From: Thermodesulfobacteriota bacterium
GTDB lineage: Bacteria > Desulfobacterota > Binatia > Binatales > Binataceae
DNA length: 64,000 nucleotides
Direction of reading: 5' to 3'
Assembly: GCA_046728175.1 (NCBI GenBank)
Contig: JBKPEA010000005.1
Location: forward strand, 12,795-76,794
Numbering within the stretch: the stretch's first letter is position 1; the number at the start of each line of letters is the position of its first letter. Of the stretch, positions 1-8,452 are shown piece after piece. The notes below the pieces were generated by a model that worked only from the letters and a program-made list of their open reading frames with translations, ran no database searches and was not told the DNA's origin. The position numbers and the translations under genes were made by a program.

Positions 1-25
1 AGCGGGCAGGCAAGGAGTTATCGCG

Positions 26-1261
26 ATGGCAAAACCCGCGCCGGTTTATATCCTGGGAGGAGCGCAGACCGACTTCGCCCGCAATTGGTCCAAGGAAGGC
101 AAGCACTTCGTGGCCATGATGCGCGAGGCGGTCCTGGGCGCGCTGGAAGCTCAAAAGATCGAGCCCAAGGAAATCCAGACCGCTCACGTGGGCAACTTTG
201 CCGCCGAGCTGTATGCCAAGCAGGGGCATGTCGGTGCATTCTTCGTGGAAATCGATCCGGCGTTCAGCGGGTTACCGACCTCGCGCCATGAGGCTGCGTG
301 TGCATCAGGCTCGATCGCGATTCTCGCCGCCTCCGCCGAGATCGAGGCCGGTCGGTACGATCTCGCCTGCGTCACCGGCGTCGAGCAGATGAAAACCGTC
401 GATTCCACGACCGGCGGCGACTACCTGGGAACCGCGGCATGGTACGAGCGCGAAGCGAAGGGCATCGAGTTTCCATTTCCCAAGCTGTTCGGCCGCCTGG
501 GCGACGAGTATGACAAGCGCTTCGGGCTCAAGGACGAACATCTCGCGCACATTTCGGCGGTGAACTATTCGAACGCCAAACGCAATCCCAACGCGCAGAC
601 CCGCAACTGGTTCATGAGCGAGAGCCATGCCCAGCAGCAATCCAAGTTCAATACCGTCATCGGCGGACGGATCAAGGTTAGCGATTGTTCGCAGGTGACG
701 GATGGCGGCGTCGCATTGTTTCTCGCCTCGGAAAAGTTCGCCAGCCAGTGGGCCAAACGCAACAACCAGAGCCTGGGCAATATTCCCAGGATTCTCGGCT
801 GGGGACATCACACCGCTCCCCTCGAATTCGATGCCAAGGTTGCCGAGAGCAAGGACGATCCATACGTGCTCCCGCATACCAGGCAGGCGATTCTCGATGC
901 GTTGCGGCGCGCGGGCGTCGCTGGCGTGGAACAGCTCTCGGGAATTGAAACCCACGATTGCTTCACGACCTCGGAATACATGGCGATCGATCATTTCGGG
1001 CTGACCAGGCCTGGCGAATCGTGGAAGGCGGTCGAGGGTGGCGTGATCGAGCTGGGAGGGAAGTGCCCTATCAATCCGTCGGGTGGACTGATCGGTGCAG
1101 GTCATCCGGTGGGAGCGACGGGCGTACGCCAGATGTTGGATTGCTGGCGACAGATCACGCAAAGCGCTGGTGAGTATCAGGTCGAAGACGCGAAGACCTT
1201 CGCGATGCTGAACATCGGTGGCAGCGGCACGACCAGCTGCGTGTTCGTAGTCGGCAAGTAA
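26..1261 (+). CDS. Thiolase family protein (acetyl-CoA C-acyltransferase / SCP-x-like thiolase)
   Basis: 411-aa ORF; thiolase-like N-terminus (YILGGAQTDFARN), active-site Cys context (ACASGS), C-terminal GHPVGATGVRQ thiolase motif. Confidence 0.85.
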   Translation: MAKPAPVYILGGAQTDFARNWSKEGKHFVAMMREAVLGALEAQKIEPKEIQTAHVGNFAAELYAKQGHVGAFFVEIDPAFSGLPTSRHEAACASGSIAILAASAEIEAGRYDLACVTGVEQMKTVDSTTGGDYLGTAAWYEREAKGIEFPFPKLFGRLGDEYDKRFGLKDEHLAHISAVNYSNAKRNPNAQTRNWFMSESHAQQQSKFNTVIGGRIKVSDCSQVTDGGVALFLASEKFASQWAKRNNQSLGNIPRILGWGHHTAPLEFDAKVAESKDDPYVLPHTRQAILDALRRAGVAGVEQLSGIETHDCFTTSEYMAIDHFGLTRPGESWKAVEGGVIELGGKCPINPSGGLIGAGHPVGATGVRQMLDCWRQITQSAGEYQVEDAKTFAMLNIGGSGTTSCVFVVGK

Positions 1262-1285
1262 GCCAAGAGAACCGGAGAAAGCGAA

Positions 1286-1326
1286 GCGGTGGCTCGGGAA
1301 AACCAGTCGCCGTTTCTTTTTCAAGC
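1286..1326 (+). terminator. Putative rho-independent terminator after thiolase gene
   Basis: Imperfect GC hairpin (cggtggct...agtcgccg, two G-U pairs) followed by TTTCTTTTTC; convergent gene arrangement. Confidence 0.3.
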
Positions 1327-1485
1327 TGGAACATCGGTTCTGAGCGCGTGCGGTTGCACGGTCGCGCGAACCCGGGATCTGCCATCCCGCCAACCGGCGA
1401 CCTAGGGTGCCGCCAACCAAACTAAGGTAAAAGGCCCGGCAGCATTTAAATCGCGTAGACCCGCGGACCAACGAGCGAGGTCATT

Positions 1486-2190
1486 CTATTTCGAAGAGTG
1501 CGAGAGGCGCATCGCCAACAGCATCGGCCAGTTGAGGTAGCGCCCGGCGCGCGGAAGGGTAGCGGCGATTTCCGAGGTCATCGCCCGCTCGACCATCTCG
1601 TCGAAGACCAGGCCGGTTCGCCTTGCCGCCATCACGAAATCGGAAATCCTATACTCGCGTCCGGCCGGATACACCTTGGTTCCGGTCACAGGATCGTTAA
1701 AGCGCGCCCGCACGCCCCCAAGGTTCATCGCGGGGTGGAGCGTCGTCACGATGACGAAGCCGCCGCGGCGGCAGATTCTGTCGAGTTCCGCCAGATACGG
1801 CTCTAGGGCGGGAACGTGCTCGGCAACCAGCCCGGAAATGACTCGATCGAAGGACGAGCCCGGGAGCGGCAACCGCAAGCAATCGGCGCAGAGGAAAGCG
1901 ATCCGATCGGCGTTCGGTTTGGCGCGCGCGCGTTCTATCATTCCAAGGGAAAAGTCCAGACCGACCACTCGTGCACCCGCGCTCGCAAAGCGCAGCGCGT
2001 GGCGGCCGGTTCCCGTACCAACGTCCGCAATCGTGAGCCCGCGCACCTCTCCCATCATCCGGATGACTTCGGGCTCTTCCAGCGCGACGAGCGGATTGCC
2101 GTCGCTGTCGTACACCTCCGACCAGCGGTCGTAGCCCTGGCGCGTGGGGACAACGATCTCCGGGACATCGGAAGGCATGTTGCCGATCAT
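1486..2190 (-). CDS. Class I SAM-dependent methyltransferase
   Basis: VGTGTGRHALRFA motif I, LDFS motif; start chosen at ATG 2190 preceded by GGTGGAG RBS (ORF track extends to 2268). Confidence 0.8.
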   Translation of the reverse strand: MIGNMPSDVPEIVVPTRQGYDRWSEVYDSDGNPLVALEEPEVIRMMGEVRGLTIADVGTGTGRHALRFASAGARVVGLDFSLGMIERARAKPNADRIAFLCADCLRLPLPGSSFDRVISGLVAEHVPALEPYLAELDRICRRGGFVIVTTLHPAMNLGGVRARFNDPVTGTKVYPAGREYRISDFVMAARRTGLVFDEMVERAMTSEIAATLPRAGRYLNWPMLLAMRLSHSSK

Positions 2191-2261
2191 ACTCCACCTG
2201 AGCGGCGAGCAAAGGTGACGCGTCTGCTGCCTCGGTGAGACGGTTGGCTTACGATGGCGCG

Positions 2262-3164
2262 ATGGCAAGGCGACTCGCGGTTACTCTGGTCGATGTGTTC
2301 AGTTCGCGTCCGTTAAGCGGAAATCAGCTTGCGGTGTTTCATGATGCCGGCAGGCTTACGGCCGCCCAGATGCAGTCGCTCGCCCGCGAGATGAACTTCA
2401 GCGAGTCAACTTTCGTGATTCCCGCGGCGCACCCCTCCGACCCCGTCCGAGTCCGCATCTTTACTCCGCGCCGGGAGATTCCGATGGCCGGACACCCTAC
2501 CGTTGGTACCGCTTGGGTGCTGGCATCGCGCGGGGAGCTGCGAATCGGAGCCGCTACCCTGCGCCTTGGGGTGGGCGACACCATGGTTACCGTCGAAGGG
2601 AAGGCGCGAAACCCGTCCTTTGTATGGATGTTCCACCGGCCGGCGGAGTTCGGCGAGCGGCGCAACGACCGCGATCGCATTGCCACCGGTCTCGGAATCG
2701 ATACCGACGACGTGCGCGGCGATTTACCAATCGAGGCCGTTTCCACCGGAAACCCGTTTCTGTTTGTTCCGCTCAGTTCCGTCGACGCGCTTAAGCGTTG
2801 CGTCTCAAGTCCGTCTGCCCTGCGCACGCTCTTCGAGGGCGCTCCAAGAATGCTGCCGGTGTACCTCTTTGTTTGCGAGAAATCACCGACGCGGTCGGTG
2901 CGCGCGCGAATGTTCGCGCCGCATACGGACGGAATCGCCGAAGACCCGGCGACCGGTAGCGCTGCCGCGCCACTGGGCGCATACCTGCGCGCTCACGGCG
3001 TTATCGGGTCCACCGCGCGCGCACGCTTTCGGGTAATTCAAGGAATCGAGATGGGCCGCCGCAGTGAAATAACCGTCGAAGTGCTCAACCGTGCCGGCGA
3101 CGGCCCGTCGATAAGAATCGGAGGACGCTGCACCATCGTCGGCCAGGGTCAAATGCGCCTCTAG
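2262..3164 (+). CDS. PhzF family phenazine-biosynthesis-like isomerase
   Basis: VFSSRPLSGNQLAVF N-terminus and overall PhzF/YddE-like sequence, ~300 aa. Confidence 0.8.
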   Translation: MARRLAVTLVDVFSSRPLSGNQLAVFHDAGRLTAAQMQSLAREMNFSESTFVIPAAHPSDPVRVRIFTPRREIPMAGHPTVGTAWVLASRGELRIGAATLRLGVGDTMVTVEGKARNPSFVWMFHRPAEFGERRNDRDRIATGLGIDTDDVRGDLPIEAVSTGNPFLFVPLSSVDALKRCVSSPSALRTLFEGAPRMLPVYLFVCEKSPTRSVRARMFAPHTDGIAEDPATGSAAAPLGAYLRAHGVIGSTARARFRVIQGIEMGRRSEITVEVLNRAGDGPSIRIGGRCTIVGQGQMRL

Positions 3165-3195
3165 CTTCCCTCTTCTATTATTCTGCACAGCGAAA

Positions 3196-3218
3196 CGACC
3201 CCGGCGCGCGGCATTTTT
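3196..3218 (+). terminator. Putative terminator (GC-rich short hairpin + T7 run)
   Basis: ccccggcgcgcggc followed by attttttctc directly after phzF-like stop. Confidence 0.3.
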
Positions 3219-3226
3219 TCTCATGC

Positions 3227-3650
3227 TCATGCTGCGGCGGTATATTTGCCCAATACGAAATTCCATCCGCCGTCGTAACTCTTGCCTGCCGCGGTGGCCT
3301 TGGCCCCCACGTCCCAGCCGCGGTGCTCCACTTCCACGCGCGTCGCGTTGCCTTCCGCGAACGAACCGAACCTCGACTTCGGTCGGACCTTCCCAGTCCG
3401 GGTCCTGCCAGGTGAACACGATTCGAGCAGCTCACGCGCGGTCACGTGTCCGACTATGAATTCCTCGCCATCGGTGAAACGCTCATAAAAGCGGCCACCC
3501 TTTCGCGTTTCCAGGTAGATTTCCTCGGCCCGCTCACGCCCGAAGTGAAAAACTTTCTTTCAGGGGCCACCATGAACCGATGTGCTTCGTAAACAAGCTG
3601 AACGCGTCTTCCAAGGGGCGTTTCACAGTCACCAATTTTCTTACCGTCAT
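3227..3650 (-). pseudogene. SRPBCC (AHSA1/polyketide-cyclase-like) family protein, frameshifted
   Basis: N-terminal MTVRKLVTVKRPLEDAFSLFTKHIGSWWPLKE in one frame, continues RFYERFTDGEEFIVGHVTARELLESCSPG...RVEVEHRGWD in another; shift in gaaagaaagttttt run near 3560. Confidence 0.6.
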
Positions 3651-3681
3651 CGCGCTCTATTTCACCGGGGGAATTTTGGTA

Positions 3682-3712
3682 GAGAATATGTAACCTTTAG
3701 TTACATATTCTC
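3682..3712. promoter_or_regulatory. Perfect 13-bp inverted repeat (GAGAATATGTAAC-ctttA-GTTACATATTCTC), candidate operator in divergent intergenic region
   Basis: Seen directly; AT-rich palindrome between divergent SRPBCC gene (-) and Kelch lipoprotein operon (+). Confidence 0.35.
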
Positions 3713-3947
3713 AAGACCCTACATCAACGCCGTCCGGGGGGGAGTAAGCTCCGGTACCAATCCACCTCTTCCTGACCGGCGAATAACCCTGTCCTACCAT
3801 GCCAACTGGCTCTTCCGCGGGCTGCGGCAGCTAGTCGCGATCCGATGGGAGCAGTTCGGAACGCGGCAAAACCGCCTTTTAACCTTGGCGTAAGCGGCCT
3901 ATTATTCCGCCGGTCAGTCCAATGATTTTTCGAGGGGGGAGTTTCTT

Positions 3948-5234
3948 GTGAATGGATGGCGTCATTGGGGGGCAACGTTGGCCGCCCTCTTTCTGTTTTC
4001 ATGCGCGGGCGGCGAAATTGCCGAGCAGCCCAGCTACATCACCAATCAGCAGGGCGTGCGTGTGGAGGAACTAGCAATGACCACACCGCGGGCCGACCAG
4101 TCCGCAGCTGCACTACAAGACGGTCGTGTGCTGATTGCGGGGGGTACCACTAACGCGAACGTCGGCGGAGTTACTTCCACCGCCGAGATCTACGATCCCA
4201 ACGCGAAATCGTTCACCGCAACCGGGTCCATGACCGTGCCGCGGCAAGGTGCAACCGCGACGCTCCTGAATGATGGACGGGTCTTGCTCGCGGGCGGCGT
4301 ACAAAACATTGGATTTCGTGCCGAGCTATCCAGCGCTGAATTGTACGATCCTGTCGCAGGCACCTTCACCGCGACCGGCTCTATGCAAACGCCGCGCGAG
4401 GGCCACACCGCAACCCTCCTACGCGACGGCCGAGTACTGGTAGCCGGAGGAAGTGACAACGGAGTTCACACCCTCGATTCGGCGGAGATCTATGATCCCC
4501 GCTCGGGTGCCTGGCATTTCGCCGGCCACATGACGGTGCCGCGCGTGGCGCATATCGCCGTGCTGGTCCGGAGCGGCCAGGTGCTGATCGCGGGCGGAGG
4601 CCGCGGCGACATGCCGGGCGGTTACATCGTCTACCAAACCGCGGAAACCTATAGTCCGGAGCTTAAGCAATTCAACCGGGTGCCTGCTCGTATGAACAGT
4701 GATCGAGTCGGCGCCGGGGCTCTGCTGCTCAACGATGGGCGCGCGCTGATCGTGGGCGGCAAAAGCGGCAAGGTCCTCACCTCCTTCGGGCCGGGCACGC
4801 TCAACCTCAACTCCATGGCGCCTTTGAACACGGCTGAAACTTACGACCCCAAGTCGAGCAGCTTTGTATCGACCGGAAACCTGCAGGCTCCCCACTATCT
4901 TCCGCGCCTGGTCAAACTGCAGGATGGCAAGGTCCTGGTTACCAGTGGCTGGAAGATTCAGGGGCCGGTGGTCGTGGGGATGGCCGACGCCGAGGTCTTT
5001 CTGCCCGGCACCAATGGTTTCAGCCAGGTTGCGCCGATGCATGTGGCGCGGCTGCAGAATTCCTCCACCCTGCTCCCGGACGGCGACGTTCTGGTCGCAG
5101 GCGGAGTGGACCGGAACAGCCTGGTTACGGCCTCGGTCGAGTTTTACGATTCGAGGGCGCATCGTTTCGTCGTGCGCGGCGCGGGTTCAACTCCGCCGGG
5201 GAATCAGCCAAGCTCGATGGGTACCACGGAATGA
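3948..5234 (+). CDS. Kelch-repeat (beta-propeller) lipoprotein
   Basis: Signal peptide with lipobox LFSCAGG; six or more repeats of DGRVL(I/L)AGG...AE(I/L)YDP Kelch/galactose-oxidase-like motif. Confidence 0.7.
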   Translation: MNGWRHWGATLAALFLFSCAGGEIAEQPSYITNQQGVRVEELAMTTPRADQSAAALQDGRVLIAGGTTNANVGGVTSTAEIYDPNAKSFTATGSMTVPRQGATATLLNDGRVLLAGGVQNIGFRAELSSAELYDPVAGTFTATGSMQTPREGHTATLLRDGRVLVAGGSDNGVHTLDSAEIYDPRSGAWHFAGHMTVPRVAHIAVLVRSGQVLIAGGGRGDMPGGYIVYQTAETYSPELKQFNRVPARMNSDRVGAGALLLNDGRALIVGGKSGKVLTSFGPGTLNLNSMAPLNTAETYDPKSSSFVSTGNLQAPHYLPRLVKLQDGKVLVTSGWKIQGPVVVGMADAEVFLPGTNGFSQVAPMHVARLQNSSTLLPDGDVLVAGGVDRNSLVTASVEFYDSRAHRFVVRGAGSTPPGNQPSSMGTTE

Positions 5235-6844
5235 GGCGCGGTATGAGCGAACCATCCAAGCAATTGCCAGATTTTTCGCTGAATGATCTGTCCGGAACCG
5301 CACACACCTTCCCTGCGGGCCGCGCCGCGATGCTCTGTTTCGTCAAGGAAGATTGTCCGACCTGCGCCATTGCGATGCCGCTGATCGAGGGGTTTCATCG
5401 CGCGTTCGGTTCCAAGGTCGCGGTGCTCGCCATCGGTCAGGACGCCACTGGAAATCGCGTGCTCGCCCAGCGCCATTCGCTCACCTGCCCGCTGCTCGAC
5501 GATTCCGCTCTGCGCGTGTCGTTCGCCTACGGCTTCGATACCGTCCCGATGACGTTTTTCGCCGATGGGGCCGGCAATCAACTGCAGAGCTTCGCGGGTT
5601 TTGTGCGAAGCGACTGGCGATCGCTGGCAAGCGAGCTTGCGCAAATGACAGGATTGCCCGAGCCCGCGATCGATTGGGCGACCCTGCCGGAGTGGCGCGC
5701 GGGATGCGGTTCCAAAGCGGTCGAACCCGGAATTGCTGAACGGCTTGAAGCCGAGGCGCGCGGCGATCGTATGCAGGCCCGCCGCATCGAGTTGGGCGAA
5801 GGCGAGGACGTGTTCGAATTCATGTTCGAGCGCGGTCTTACCGACGGACTGCCGGTCGTCCCACCCACGCCCGAGCGGGTGGCGTGGATGCTTACCGGCA
5901 CCCGGCGTGATCCACGCGACATCGTCGCGACCGTGGCACCGAATCTGGCGCCCCTGACCGTCGAAAAGGTTGCCGTCAACGCGGTAATGGCGGGATGCCG
6001 TCCCGCTTATCTGCCGGTGGTGATCGCCGCGCTGGAAGCGGTCTGCACCGATACCTTCAATATCCACGGCGTGATGGCCACCACCTGGGGCGCCACCCCG
6101 GTGATTATTGTCAATGGACCAATTCGCCGGCGGCTCGGCATGAACATGGGAATCATGGCGCTCGGCTATGGCAGTCGACCCAACGCCACCATCGGCCGCG
6201 CGGTGAAACTGGTGCTGCGCAATGTGGGCGGCTCGCGTCCTGGTGATATCGAGCGCTCCGCGCTTGGAGCGATCGGCAAATTCACCACCTGCTTCGCGGA
6301 ATGGGAAGAGCGCAGTCCCTGGGAGCCGCTGCACGTCGAGCGCGGCTTCCTGAAGGACGAAAGCGTGGTAACGGTCTTCGGACTGGAAGCGGGCTCGCGG
6401 CAGATCGCGGATCAAACCTCGCGCACCGCTCGCGCGCTGGTAGGCTCGCTCGGCCTGGGACTGGAAGCGTGTTGGCATCCGAAGCAGCACGGTTCCGGTG
6501 AGGTGCTGCTGGTGATTTCACCGGAGCACGCCGACACCATCGCCCGCGACGAATGGAGCAAAGCGCAGGTGCGCAATCGAATTCAGGAAATCACGGCGCG
6601 CCCGCTGCGAGAGCTGCTCCCGGACGCGGAGAGCGGCGAAGGCATGCCCCTGAAGGCCTTTGGCCTCAAGGACCCGACGCCCGAGCAGCTCGATCAGAGA
6701 ATTCCGAAGTTTCGCTCCGCCGCGAATATCAATATTATCGTGGCGGGTGGTGAAGGCGGGAAGTTCTCCGCCGTGTTCGCCGGATGGGTTTCCGGACCGA
6801 TGGGCTCATCCAGCGTGAGCCGCCGAATCGAGGAGCTGCCATGA
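5231..6844 (+). CDS. Thioredoxin-fold (CPTC) domain fused to ~390-aa uncharacterized domain; putative partner of downstream selenoprotein
   Basis: N-terminal redoxin-like region with CPTC CxxC motif; start ATG overlaps Kelch stop (ATGA); stop overlaps next gene start (ATGA at 6841-6844). Confidence 0.6.
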   Translation: MRRGMSEPSKQLPDFSLNDLSGTAHTFPAGRAAMLCFVKEDCPTCAIAMPLIEGFHRAFGSKVAVLAIGQDATGNRVLAQRHSLTCPLLDDSALRVSFAYGFDTVPMTFFADGAGNQLQSFAGFVRSDWRSLASELAQMTGLPEPAIDWATLPEWRAGCGSKAVEPGIAERLEAEARGDRMQARRIELGEGEDVFEFMFERGLTDGLPVVPPTPERVAWMLTGTRRDPRDIVATVAPNLAPLTVEKVAVNAVMAGCRPAYLPVVIAALEAVCTDTFNIHGVMATTWGATPVIIVNGPIRRRLGMNMGIMALGYGSRPNATIGRAVKLVLRNVGGSRPGDIERSALGAIGKFTTCFAEWEERSPWEPLHVERGFLKDESVVTVFGLEAGSRQIADQTSRTARALVGSLGLGLEACWHPKQHGSGEVLLVISPEHADTIARDEWSKAQVRNRIQEITARPLRELLPDAESGEGMPLKAFGLKDPTPEQLDQRIPKFRSAANINIIVAGGEGGKFSAVFAGWVSGPMGSSSVSRRIEELP

Positions 6845-7362
6845 AGCAGGTAATCGTCGATCCCACCGATGAGCGCGTGCCGATACGGCGCACGCTCACT
6901 GAACGCTCCGGGCAGATCAGAGGCCGGGTCGCGATGCTTGATATCGCCAAGCCGCGCGGCGACGTGCTGATGAATCGCTTGGCCGAGCATCTCGGTAAGC
7001 GGCTGCCCGCGGTAGAAATCAAACGCTACCGCAAACCGACCTTTACCAAGCCGGCGCCGGAAGATCTGCGCCGCCGCATCGCGGAGGAAAGCGACTTCGT
7101 CATCGAAGCGCTCGCCGATTGAGGGTCGTGCACGACGTGCAGTGTGCACGACTCCGTATGGTTCGAAGTTAATCGCAAGCCCGCGGTGATGATCGCTTCC
7201 GACGTATTTGTCGATGCCGCCGAAAAGCAAGCGGCTGCACTCGGACTGCCCGAAGTGCGGCGGGTTTTCGTGCCCCATCCGATTCAGGATGCAACCGACG
7301 ACGAAATGCGTGCCAAGGCCGACGCGATCGTCGAGCGGGTAATCGACGCGCTGAAGAAGTGA
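6841..7362 (+). CDS. UGSC-type selenoprotein (in-frame UGA=Sec at 7120-7122; UxxCxxC motif), 173 aa if read through
   Basis: ORF track shows 6784..7122 ending at TGA and 7144..7362 in the same frame; codons are GAT TGA GGG TCG TGC ACG ACG TGC = D-U-G-S-C-T-T-C; downstream VPHPIQD resembles the glycine reductase protein B C-terminal region; stable hairpin begins 1 nt after the UGA. Confidence 0.7.
7123..7154 (+). promoter_or_regulatory. Putative bacterial SECIS stem-loop immediately 3' of in-frame UGA
   Basis: GGGTCGTGCAC / GTGCACGACTC form a 9-11 bp perfect stem (7125-7133 pairs with 7144-7152) with a 10-nt apical loop 12-21 nt downstream of the UGA. Confidence 0.5.
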
Positions 7363-7446
7363 GCCTCGGGTATCGGGAATTTGCGCCGCGCCCCAAGCTA
7401 TGCGACCGGGATTGCGTGCGTATGGGCCGGCGCTGCCCAGGGAAAG

Positions 7447-8278
7447 CCCGGCGGCGTTCTTCCTGATGGTTAACCCCACCAGCCCAGCGGTCGGGTACTA
7501 TCTGTTGTCGGTGGCAGACGGAGTCCGCTTTTGCGGAAGTTCAAGCGGCGTTCCTGAAACATCAGGTGCTGTTCTTCCGTGACCAGGAGTTAAATCGAGA
7601 TCGGCAAAGAGCATTTGCGCGGCGCTTCGCCACCCTGAACATCCATCCCTTCGATCAGCCGCTCAAGGATGAAGGCTATCCGGAATTCGTCGTGTTCCAG
7701 AGGGACCAGCAATACCCGTATGTCGCGCAGGCGCGGCACGCTGACTTGACATGCTTACCTGAGCCGCCGCTGGATTCGGTGCTGCGATGCGTGGTCGCGC
7801 GCCACCGCTCGGCGGCGATACGATGTGGGTGAGCATGTGTGCGGCTTACGAGGCGCTCCCGGACAAGATGCAGCACCTGCTCTCCGGGCTAATCGCAATT
7901 CACGATACCAGGCGAGTGTTCGGTCTGTCGGCGGATATCGTCGCGAGGAGATCAGCGACAGCGAGGGAGACAGGCTGCGCAGCATGTCCGCGGAGCATCC
8001 GATGGTTCGCACCCATCCTCAAAGCCGTCGCAAAGGGCTGTTCGTCAACTGGCACTTCACCGCCTCGATCAAGGCATGAAATCCGCGGAGAGTGCGGCGC
8101 TGCTGAACTTTCTTTATCGTCACATCGAACTGCCAGATTTCATTTGCCGCTTCCGATGGCAAAGGGACTCGGTGGCGATGTGGGCAATCGCTGCACCCGG
8201 CATCGCGCGGTCGGCGACAATTGCTCCGCGGAACGTCGCCTCGAGCGCGTGACAATCAACGGCGACAAGCCGTTCTAG
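7447..8278 (+). pseudogene. TauD/TfdA family Fe(II)/2-oxoglutarate dioxygenase, multiply frameshifted
   Basis: TauD-like segments spread over three frames: AEVQAAFLKHQVLFFRDQEL, WHTD-like HADLTCLPEPPLDSVLRCVVA, PPLGGDTMWVSMCAAYEALPDKMQ, EHPMVRTHPQSRRKGLFVNWHFT, CTRHRAVGDNCSAERRLERVTINGDKP; at least four frame changes. Confidence 0.7.
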
Positions 8279-8452
8279 TTTTGCTGCTAGGAATTTCGCG
8301 TCGCGCGCCATCCGTGCGGACTCCTCCGCTTCTCGGCATAATCACGACACGGTAGCCAGTAGAAGGAACCCGCGAAGCGGTGCTTGGAGGCGGCGAAACC
8401 GGGCGGATGCTATTATTCGACTGGGCGCTCAGCTCTCCTTGACTCTTTCGGA

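Noticed and set aside
305-1471. 388-aa minus-strand ORF antisense to the thiolase gene
   Set aside because: Arg/Ala-rich low-complexity translation typical of shadow ORFs in GC-rich DNA. The opposite strand encodes a clear thiolase.
4419-5162. 247-aa minus-strand ORF inside the Kelch lipoprotein gene
   Set aside because: Antisense to a gene with a clear repeated Kelch motif. The composition is His/Arg/Gly-rich noise.
5204-6490. 428-aa minus-strand ORF overlapping the thioredoxin-fusion gene
   Set aside because: No recognisable motifs, Arg/Gly-rich. It is antisense to a plus-strand gene with clear domain structure and translational coupling.
6694-7479. 261-aa minus-strand ORF spanning the selenoprotein locus
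   Set aside because: Antisense shadow ORF. The plus strand carries the coherent UGSC-motif reading frame and SECIS-like hairpin.
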